From Takakia lepidozioides (Eukaryota > Plantae > Bryophyta), in assembly GCA_030704615.1 (NCBI GenBank), contig CM060731.1, positions 58,032,001 through 58,096,000 of the forward strand: 64,000 bases of DNA. The letters are read 5' to 3'. Positions 25,960 through 36,536 of the stretch are shown piece by piece (within the stretch, counting starts at the first letter, position 1; each line of letters opens with the position of its first letter). Below the pieces are notes generated by a model, which saw nothing but the letters and a program-made list of their open reading frames with translations, was not told the DNA's origin and did no database searches. Made by a program: the position numbers and the translations under genes.

Positions 25960-28874
25960 TCACCAGTAATCCCCACAAGAACAAATCCCATCTTCAAAGT
26001 GGTGAAAGCGGTTAGCGTCCCGTACAACAATTGCTCGGCCAACAATCTTTGAGATGAATTTGGTGGAGGTGTGGCAGTCACCACACACTCGAAGATTCTT
26101 GATGAGACGGAGAGGCGTCCTGGGGGTCGTGCTGATCAGCCCTAAACCAATGGCCAGCTTCTCACTGTGGTGGCAAAGAGAAAATTCCTTTTCCTCCTCC
26201 CCCACATCATGCAATACAAAGCGCGTGTCAGGCACATACCCCGCCTTCGTCATCTGCCCAGACAATCTTCTCAGCTCAGCATGGATTTCCTTAATTCTGG
26301 GATGCAGCTTGTCAGCTACAACAAAGGTGTGCACCCTGTTGCCAACCTCAATGCAGCAGCGACCTGGCTCCTTTCTAACCCCTTTGACCTTCATCATTCT
26401 TCTCACCTTTGCAGTATCATCCCACCTGCCAGCTGCAGCATAGATGTTTGAGAGCAACACATAAGTCGCAGCATCCTGTTCATCCCACATGAGGATAGAT
26501 GTTGCTGCACGTTCAGCCATCTCCACATTGCCATGGATTCTGCAGGCACCAAGCAAGGCCTTCCACACCACAGCATCTGGATTGATGGGCATTTTATTAA
26601 TCAGGTCCACTGCCTCATCCAGTTGTCCCGCACGTCCAAGAAGGTCCACCATGCAGCCAAAGTGCTTTACTGTCGGGGTGACACCATGATCTTCACACAG
26701 GGAATCAAAGTAGCGTCTTCCTTCCTTCAGTAGGCCAGCGTGGCTGCATGCAGACAGAACACATATAAAGGTGATACTGTCCGGCTTCAAGCCGTTCTTT
26801 TGCATTCCTTCCAATAGTTGCACAACCTCCCTATGACAACCATGCTGTGCATATCCTGCGATCATCGCGTTCCACGACACCACATCTCGTTCCGCCATAT
26901 TGTCGAACACTCCCTTTGCATGCTCGATGCTCCCACATTTGGCATACATGTCCACCAGGGTATTGTTCAGGATCACATCTGGTACGATTCCAGATCTGAC
27001 AATATCGCCATGCACCTCTTTGCCCTTTTCCAGGGCTGCCAGGCTTGCACACGCATTGCAAACGCACACAAACGTGATGTGGTCGGGCTTCACCCCTTCG
27101 CACATCATTTGCTCATACGTCTCCCAAGCCTCCATCCCGCGCCCCTGCTGTGCATATCCTGCGAGCATCGCACTCCACGACACCACATTTCGTTCAGCCA
27201 TATTGTCGAACACTCCCTTTGCATCCTCGATGCTCCCACATTTGGCATACATGTCCACCAGGGCAGTGTTCAGGATCACATCTGGTACGATTCCAGCTCT
27301 GACGATGTCGCCATGCACCTCTTTGCCCTTTTCCAGGGCTGCCAGGCTTGCACACGCATTGCAAACGCACACAAACGTGATGTGGTCGGGCTTCACCCCT
27401 TCGCACATCATTTGCTCATACGTCTCCAAAGCCTCCATCCCGCGGCCCTGCTGTGCATATCCTGCGAGCATCGCGTTCCACGACACCACATTTCGTTCAG
27501 CCATATGGGGAACACTCCTTTGCATGCTCGATGCTCCCACATTTGGCATACATGTCCACCAGGGTATTGTTCAGGATCACATCTGGTACGATTCCAGCTC
27601 TGACGATGTCGCATGCACCTCTTTGCCCTTTTCCAGGGCTGCCAGGCTTGCAATGCATTGCAAACGCACACAAACGTGATGTGGTTGGGCTTCACCCCTT
27701 CGCACATCATTTGCTCATACGTCTCCAAAGCCTCCATACCGCGCCCCTGCTTTGCATATCCTGCGAGCATCGCACTCCACGACCACACATTTCGTTCAGC
27801 CATATTTGTCGAACACTCCCTTTGCATGCTCGATGCTCCCACATTTGGCATACATGTCCACCAGGGTATTGTTCAGGATCACATCTGGTACGATTCCAGC
27901 TCTGACCATGTCGTCATGCACCTCTTTGCCCTTTTCCAGGGCAGCCAGGCTTGCACACGCACTGCAAACGCACACAAACGTGATGTGGTTGGGCTCCACC
28001 CCTTCGCACATCATTTGCTCATACGTCTCCAAAGCCTCCGTCCCGCGCCCCTGCTGTGCATATCCTGCGATCATCGCATTCCACGACACCACATCTCGTT
28101 CCGCCATATTGTCGAACACTCCCTTTGCATGCTCGATGCTCCCACATTTGGCATACATGTCTACCAGGGTATTGTTCAGGATCACATCTGGTACAATTCC
28201 AGCTCTGACGATGTCGCCATGCACCTCTTTGCCTTTTCCAGGGGCTGCCAGGCTTGCACATGCACTGCAAACGCACACAAACGTGATGTGATTGGGCTTC
28301 ACCCCTTCCCCCATCATTTCTCCATAGGTCTCCAAAGCATTCCTACCACACCCATGCTTGGTAATCCTGCCAACATTATATTCCACGTGATCAAAGTTCG
28401 TTGAGGCATTCTGTTGAACACTTGGTGAGCATCCATGATGCTCCCGCACTTAACATACATGTTGACAAGGGTGTTAAGGATAAAAACATTTGGCGTGAAT
28501 CCACTTTGGATAATGTGAGTGTGCACCTGCTTTCCAGCTTCCAGGCCTTTCACCTTGATGCACTTATGCAAGAGACAGACATATGTTTCTGAATCTGCTG
28601 AAATGCCTCCTTGGTTTAAAGTCTGTAGAGCCTCTTTCAGTCTGCCTTGCCTCACAAAGCATTCACATGCCCAGAAGTGCCAGAAGAGGCATTGTGGACT
28701 CCCTCTCTTGATCCTCTTCCAGAAGCTGTGGTCATGGTTGAGGTGCCTGATTTTATCACTGTGCCGCTGCAGCTGCTGCCTTTAGTTGACCATACTCCAT
28801 GCAGGTTTCTTGTAGCTAATCCACAGGGAATCATAGGTAATCTTGTGCTTGAGATCTGGCCCTCTTGGATGATT
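25960..28874 (-). CDS. Terminal exon of a PLS-class PPR-E1-E2-DYW (PG-type) RNA-editing factor, starting with the second half of an OSB-type PDF motif; several 1-2 nt frameshifts (pseudogene or assembly error)
   Basis: P/L/S motifs, P2-L2-S2, E1/E2, PG box (PGRCCIEV), HHSEKLA, NLRVCGDCH, terminal CSCGDYW. The exon starts NHPRGPDLKHKITYDSLW after the acceptor at 28875-28876. Confidence 0.93.
26851..28360 (-). repeat. About five near-identical 303-bp tandem units, each one PPR triplet (101 aa)
   Basis: Anchor atatcctgcg recurs at 26851, 27154, 27457, 27756, 28060 (spacings 303, 303, 299, 304). Confidence 0.95.
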
Positions 28875-28957
28875 CTGTACCCACACTCTACCCCTGCTCC
28901 TTCAGCTATCCATGCCTCTGCACAAATCATGCATTCATCCTTGCCTTCCTGCTAACA

Positions 28958-29545
28958 GCTGACAATGACAGCCTAGATTTGTTCTAGGAAACACCCAACT
29001 CAGCTTATCACACTAGTTCCTATGCTCATTGCGTCTGCTGCTCTCTGTAATCCAACAGGCATTCACCTTTCTTCGGTGAGAGACATAAGTCCTCGCCATC
29101 GAACACGAGGTCAAGTGGATGTCGTACCTGGCGGAGGGTTTATTGGACGTGGAGGAAGTGCAGCCTTCTAATCCTTTCTTTTGGTGTTCCAGCCAGGAGC
29201 AAGCTGATTGCAGGTAGCGGTTTTGTCTACTATTTTCTTTGAATCAAGTTTACAAAGAAGATTCGGTTGGTTGCGTATGTCATGTCACTAGTCTTTTTCT
29301 GCTATGTATCTGAGGATAAGCCGCAAAATGAACTCAACTGAGCACCTGGAGTCTTGAGGGGACCTCATCAAGGGACTTCCACGAATTTACCGAGGTTAAG
29401 CGGAGATACAGCTTAGTTCATTCTCTATGCTACAGTGACAGTGACAATGACAGCCTAGATTTGTTCTAGGAAACACCCAACTCAGTGTTCCTATGCTCAT
29501 TGCGTCTGCTACTCTCTGTAATCCAACAGGCATCCACCTTTTCGC
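28958..29545. repeat. ~110-bp direct repeat (28958-29072 and 29440-29545) flanking an unrelated ~370-bp insert in a PPR-gene intron
   Basis: gacaatgacagcctagatttgttctaggaaacacccaactcag...aatccaacaggcat(t/c)caccttt is present twice. Confidence 0.85.
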
Positions 29546-30560
29546 CTCGATTGTCCCACCATTGACTGGGGTCAGAAAAGTATTCTTTCCACAGCTTCTC
29601 CTCGTCTCTCTTACCTGTTTCAGGATACTTTCCTGTTGTCACATTGGCAGTATCACGTCAAAGTCACTCCAACTATCAAAGGTTCACTAAACCAGCTAAA
29701 TGAATTTAGGGCCGGTTCTGATAAGAGGGAACCCACACTCCATCCCTGCTCCTTCAGCTATCCATGCCTCTGCACAAATCATGCATACATCCTTGCCTTG
29801 CTGCTAGCAACATACAATGACAGCCTAGAATTCTTCCAGCAAACACCCCAACCATACTTATCACACTAGTTCCTATGCTGACTTGCATCTGCTTCCAACA
29901 GCCATTCACCTTTTTGTCTCCATTGTCCCACAATTGACTGGCGGCCGTGAAGTGTTCATTCCAAAGCTTCTCCTCGTCTCTCTTATCTGTTTTTGGATAC
30001 TCTCCTGCTGCCACATCGGCACTAACTTGTCAAATTCATTCCAAACCACCACAGATCCACTGCAACATATGGCAAATGAAAGGCTACAACTTGGATGCAG
30101 ACACCATATTCAATATGCAAATTCAGGGCCGAGTCTGATGAGAGCGCAAAACAGGCTGAAATAGGTCGAAGAAGAAGGTGCCCTCACCACATTGTCCTTG
30201 ACCTTGTGTCATGACCCATGGAGGATTTGACCGACCATCAACCCAAAAGGACCTCTTGTGTGTGCTGCTTGTGTCTGTAGTCAGGTAATCTCGGATTGGT
30301 CTGTGAGAACCACCACGGTGCAGATGAGCAGGCAGAGATTGAAACACGGCCTGCTAAGACCAGCTGACTCTCCCAAGAACCTTGTAAACATCAGGAAGAA
30401 TACCAAATCATGGTACTAACAGGAGCCAAGAGCCCACATTTGCAGTATGGACAAACTTCTTCACATCGTACATTGAGAAAAAGCCACACCTTGCGATTGC
30501 GGTTCTCCCACCATCGTGAAGGATCTTTAAAAAACTCATGCCAGCTCTGCTCCGTGCTCC
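29538..30560 (-). pseudogene. Upstream exons of the PPR gene encoding OSB/PTAC9-type PDF motifs: 1a (to 30490), 1b 30300-30188, 2a 30004-29910, 3a 29632-29538; exon 2b is deleted in this copy
   Basis: SWHEFFKDPSRWWENRNRK|TNPRLPDYRHK..SFWVDGRSNPPWV; EEKLWNEHFTAASQLWDNGDKK; EEKLWKEYFSDPSQWWDNRGEK. Each motif is split by a GT-AG intron at the same position. Confidence 0.8.
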
Positions 30561-31430
30561 AAGGTAGAGGTTTGTGCTCGAAAATCCGACAGCATCAACA
30601 TGGTCCTTTACGAAGGGGTGCGTGAGCTTTCAACAACATTCATGCAAGTTGTTTTGGGCTCCATTGGGCTCTACACGATGAGGAACAACGAACTCCACAC
30701 TCTGCTCAAGAAACGTGTGCTTTTACCGAACTTTCAACAAGGATATTACTGTGCACTTCCAAGGGGGCAGTGGTCAGGGGTCCTCCATCGACCACCGGTT
30801 CGTGGTCGCGCCGTTCTGATGGCTCCTAGCGGTTTTGCATGCAGCCGCCAAATGGGCCCCACATGCAATTGCCACTTTCCCGAGGCATGCAATAGCCACT
30901 TTTGGGACAGCCGTGTGTTGATGTGACGGCCACCGGCTTTGGCTGATTTTATTTTATTTTATTTTATTTATTTATTTATTTTTTAAAGAAAGGGGAGGGA
31001 GGCCTTTCTAATTTTTAATTTTAGAAAAGGGGAGGAGGCCCTTTTAATCAAATTAATAATAAAAGATAGTCACATCAGTGGAAAAAATAACCACTGCCGG
31101 GCCGTGAAGGCTTACTGTGGGAAACTTCCCTGTGGCCTAAGCAAACTACTGAGGAGGAAAAGAGATGAGAGCGATACGGAAAAATGGTAAAAATGAGGAG
31201 GGGTTTGTAAGGCGGGGTCGGGAGACTTTGCTAAGCCCGAAAGGTTCAGCCGGATAACTCAAGAAAGCAGGGGAGGGGAGAAGAGGTCAGAAATCCTAAG
31301 CGAGAAATGCGGTCAGGAGAAATGCAGCAGTAAACTGAAGAACGATTGAGACTGCCTATCCTGCCAACTGCCACATTGTTCCTGCTGGAGGGATGCTTCA
31401 GAGACTCGTTGTAGCAGGTATCAGAACTTA

Positions 31431-32295
31431 AGCTGAGTCCTAGACTTCTGGTCTCGAGCCTTCTTGTGGCGCCAATTAAATTATGGCTCCTCCCCATCAG
31501 CAGGCGACTTCCCATTGTGGGGGGATGGTGTTCTGTCAGGTAAAGCGGTTGTTAGGAAGCATGGTGACGAGCGTGGTGCCGTTTGACTCCCTCACAATAA
31601 GCGATACTACTAGTGTTGGTCCACCGACGCAGGTCTCTATCGCTGGTGTGACTCCCAGGGTTCTCAGTAACTACTTGAGCTACCAATCTCAAACAAGCAA
31701 AAAAAACTCTCCCGAAATCCCCTTCAAGAAAAGTGAGGTCTTTTTCTCTTGCTTCTAGTAATTGTCCAACATCCCAAATCCGAAGCTTTTGGTCCGTCAT
31801 GTTGATTGAATTAATATCAATAATTTACACCCAACCAAGGGATATTTATGTGAATAATGAGAGGAAGACATACTCACTGCTTCTCCTTTGGCTGTGAGGG
31901 CACAGTCATTAGAAGGATTTGTAGCGAGTTGTGGTGCGATGCTCAATTGTTGCGCGATTTTTGTTTACTCGCATGCAAGTTTTGGGATAAAGTAAACATA
32001 TAGGAATAATGCCTCTCAAGTTTGCGGGGCCATATCCATTAGAGGATGGTCTAGGAATTAAGGGGGATATATGTATCTCAGCCCGCATGAAAAATAAAAT
32101 CGACTAAAAGGGAGTTGACATCTGCAAGTTTGTTGGAACTTATGAAGCCGGTGGTAAGTGGCATTGGCCCCACGTGGCTGTTGGATGTGGGGAGAACGTT
32201 GTAGAATAGAGAACGTTCTAGAGGGAGCCGGGAAAGTGTTTCGGTAGTCGCGCCAGAACTCTACCAGCGTATGAGGTTTAGTGTAGGACTCAGCT
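31431..32295. mobile_element. ~865-bp non-coding TIR element (MITE, possibly PIF/Harbinger-like)
   Basis: Termini AGCTGAGTCCTAGAC...GTGTAGGACTCAGCT; absent from the other arm at ~61330; a second copy lies at 20525-20730 + 25041-25420; TSD ambiguous. Confidence 0.75.
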
Positions 32296-32340
32296 CAAGT
32301 TTCGGGAATTCCAAAAAGGCCTTGATGTGAAATGCATCGC

Positions 32341-32541
32341 AATTCACTTGATCAGTGCGCAATTCAATTGAATTGCAAGGGCAATTCAATTGACTAACCC
32401 TAATTTGCAATTCAATTGAATTGTCGGCACACGATTCAATTGAATTGCGAATTGGCAATTCAATTGTGTCAACTCGTAATTCAATTGAATTGCAGTCAAC
32501 AATTCAATTGAATTGTCAACTCGCAATTCAATTGAATTGTA
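32341..32541. repeat. Array of palindromic (A)TTCAATTGAA(T) motifs, ~20-bp period
   Basis: Repeated caattcaattgaattg; shorter mirror copy at 61161-61291. Confidence 0.9.
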
Positions 32542-33639
32542 ATCTATAATTTTTAACTTATTTTTGTATAAAATTATATAATATATTATCATGTATATGT
32601 ATATGTATATGCATCGTATACACATATACATATGAGAGTATAAGCTGAATATACATGTTGCCCGTCCATCCTTTGCTTGTCGTAAGGCCTAAGTCACGAG
32701 ATGAGTCGCGTAGCCTAAAGGAGAGAGATGAGAGAGAGATATATACTAGTAGAGGTATCGTCATTAGGTTGTAGCCTTGTTTGATATATCTACAGAGGTA
32801 TAGTATTTCATTTTACAAGAAAAGTTGGCCAAATTAATCTATATTTATGCGGAGGTGTCGTCATGAGACAGTAGCCCTGTTTAGTATACCACCAAAGGTA
32901 TAGCGCCTGACTTACAAAGAAACTTGGTCAAATCAGCCTATATGCAGGTTGAGGTATCGTTATGAGGTAGTTGCCCTGTTTAGTATACCTACAGAGGTAT
33001 AACGCATGATAGCCAAAGAAACTCAAGATAAATTGGCAACGTACGCATTCTTATCTCTCTTTTTATCCCAGTCCTCGCTTGTTAGAATCTACAGCTGTTC
33101 ATCGCGTAGAACTTGGCTACATGATTGTCTATTGTTTCTGGTTTACTCAATAAGAAAGAGTGGGATAGAAATGTCAAGTGAGTTTTTCATGGTACGTGTC
33201 ATGGTTGGGTGGATAGGAAGAGGCCAAGGAAGAGGCAGCAGCAGAGCTAACACATTTGGTAAGGCAACCGTGTCCATCCTGAGTATGAAGGATGCTGCAC
33301 CCTCGGAAATACAAGATGCTTCAAGTAAGTTCAAAGAGCTTTCTTCTCTTTCTGGTGTGGTGGATATGTATGCGGAGGACAACTAATATCACCTTAGGTG
33401 CCAAGGAAGAAACAAACAACCAGACCCTAAAGACCCTGAAGAAGAACCTCAAACTCCCAGATAGTGCTATTTTTTCTTCTCTTCGCTCTTTGCACCTCAC
33501 CACAATCAGAACAATCGTAGCACCCATCCTCAACAAAGGAAAATCAAAAGTAGACAAATTGACGCCACATAGTTAGGTTGTTCATTATTTCCGAAAGCTT
33601 GGAGTGGAAGAGGCTCTCATCTCTCTCTCTCTCAACTCT

Positions 33640-34142
<503 letters not shown>

Positions 34143-34789
34143 TTTCTCCCTGTCTCTAGGAAGCCTATTGACATTGGGTGGACTTGACTGAAACGGGAGT
34201 ACATTAATGTCTCTGTGACTAAATGTCGGCCTTGTGACCTCGTGTCCTTGTTTGTTTCGACCTTAAGCGCTTTTCAGGTAAGGTAGTGCATTGGATTTAG
34301 TTGGAAAGCTTGGGGCCTTTCCCTCTTTATAATATGCCTACACGGGCCATTCCCTGCAACTCCCTGGAGTGTGATCTCTGAATGGTACAAGCGGACTCCT
34401 ACCGCTTGGGGGCAGCCCCTCCGCCCAAAATTGGGCAGTCGTATGCTCTGTCTAGCATACTCGGGCACTTGGGCTCGGGTTGGTTCCTGTGCTTAAACTT
34501 ATGGCCTGCGAAAACAATCAAAAATTTAGCTCCTATCAACATCACACTCCTCAGGGTGATCCCTGGGAATTGGTTACTTATGCCAAATCTAGGGCTTCAT
34601 GTGTAGTTTTTGGGTGAATCCCAGGATGGACGATGTGTCCTTTAAAACTACATGCTCTAGCTTAGGCTTGGATTTCATGGCTAATGGTCCCATCTCGAGA
34701 CTTGATAACAGGGGGGTACGTTGAAGGTTGCAATGACCAAAAGTGCTTCTAATAGAGTCCCGCATCAATTCAATCTCAAAGAAGTTCGT

Positions 34790-35503
34790 CCGTGATTTCT
34801 TGTTTGACAATTGTGAAATTATCAACAAGGGTTTGAGGTACGAGCATAGTATCTAGCTAAAACTGAATTTGAAGGGCGGCATGAGTACTCTACTGGACCT
34901 CTTTGTTGGTTGTGTTTACATGCCCACAGAGGGGACCCTTGGTGCTGACGCAGACAAGGCCTCACAAGTTTTGAAGCTGGACTGTGCTTCGTTCCTTGCC
35001 AAAGGTCAGGTGGTACTATTGGGGGACTTCAATGCCTGGGTGGGCAAAGGGATCCATCAGGACGATATCATTGGACCTTTTGGTGAGGACGAGCTGAATT
35101 CTAATGGCATACGGTTAATTAACTGTCTAGAAGAGCTTCAGCTTTTGACCTTGAATGACAGGACAAGAGGTGACCAAGTGCAGTGGACTCGTGAGAAACC
35201 CCAAACTGGGGAAAGTTCCATTGTGGACTATATCATAATGGACAAAATTTTGTTCCCCCAGTGTGCCGATGTGTTGATCGACAGAACTGATATTGGTACC
35301 TCTGACCACTTCCTGGTTTGGACTGAGATCAAAAGGTGTTTTCCCACCACCAAGAGATCTGTGAAACGTTCGATTCGGAAGTGGCGTATAGAAAAATTCC
35401 ACAATGAGGAGGTCAAGGCTGAGTACGTCCAGGCCTTGCAAGAGGCTCTCCCTCATTTTGTCCAATCGCTCCAAGAACTTCAATCACGCTCTGTTAACGC
35501 AAG
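34790..35503 (+). mobile_element. LINE endonuclease fragment (same family as 21209-24918), cut off by the gypsy LTR
   Basis: VGCVYMP, LLGDFNAWVG, SIVDYIIMD, GTSDHFLV; 35162-35503 is closely similar to 21948-22285. Confidence 0.9.
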
Positions 35504-36505
35504 TGTCGCGCCGGCTTTACTCACCCATCCCTTCGCTATCCGAGGCGGAAACTCCAAGATAGAAGAGTTGGAAATCTCTAAGTACTCAGCCCGCGCAGAA
35601 CAATCAGTCATGACCTACAGCTAGTGTATCATGGGGGTGTTTCCTATTTGTTTCCCTTTCCGCATTCATCTTAGCTACCTTACCATTGATAATTAAGTAT
35701 CAGTTTGCTTCATCAATCTATCGGTTTCCATCAACTCATCCATTCATTCCACAGCTTCACTCAGATCTCTCTACACAGTGTGATTGTATCGTATAAGTAT
35801 CAGATTATGATTTATCAGGTATCAGGCCGAAGCCATTGTGTCTCTAATCTGCTTTACAATATCACTACAGCTTTGCATATAACAAGCATCTACTAATCAT
35901 CTTTCCTCCTTCACCGTGCTCTCCATCTTTGCTTCCGATCTCTCGCCCGATCTCCTCTCATGCATGACTAAGAAGTCCTCCCCCGTGAAGCGCTTCCAAG
36001 AATCCCCCATCTCAGTCCTTGCTTCTCCCTTATCTTCCTACCCGGCTCTAACCGTTTCCCTCACTAACCGTCGTCGTGAACTAACATGTTCCATTTGCAG
36101 GTGTTGTTCCCCACAGTCGTTCCCTGTCCTGCTCTCGTTCCCTATGATCGTGACAGCTGTGTCAAGCTGTGACTGGCTGTGTGAAACTGTGACGGGCTGT
36201 GACTGGCGGCGACTGCGGCTGTGACTGGCTGTGTGGCTGTGTCGGCTGTGACGGGCTATGTCTGGCTGTGTCGGCTGTGACTGGCTATGTGGTTGTGTCG
36301 GGTGACGGGCTGTGATGGCTGTGTCTGTGACGAGTTGTGTGGCTGTGTCGGGTGTGACGACTGTGATGGGCTGTGTTGGACTGTGACGGACTGTGTAACC
36401 CCCCTCTACAGTGCCTAAGGCTCCTGTTGGTCTCAGTCTGTGTAAAAATTAAGGGTACCCTACAGATCCCGTATAAGTGTCTAAGTCCCAGACAGTCCTC
36501 TAACA
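35504..36505 (-). repeat. 3' LTR (1002 bp), containing a degenerate (CTGTG/A)n tract at ~36150-36395
   Basis: tgtcgcg...ctaaca; both ends match 47471-48412. Confidence 0.92.
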
Positions 36506-36507
36506 TT

Positions 36508-36522
36508 ACCCCTTCCCCTCTC
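36508..36522 (-). other. Polypurine tract
   Basis: Minus strand reads GAGAGGGGAAGGGGT-AA-TGTTAG immediately before the 3' LTR. Confidence 0.85.
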
Positions 36523-36536
36523 AAAAAGCCGTGTCC

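Larger units (their letters stand above)
29703..33033. repeat. Left arm of a large inverted duplication (matches 60962-63976 and 57229-57524)
   Basis: Mirror ORFs, e.g. 29754-30014(-)/63483-63743(+), 30410-30625(+)/62874-63086(-), 32558-32764(-)/60831-61178(+); 32738-33033 is the reverse complement of 57229-57524. Confidence 0.95.

Noticed and set aside
26054-28404. Long + strand ORFs (up to 263 aa) over the PPR gene
   Set aside because: Antisense shadows of the repetitive PPR coding sequence.
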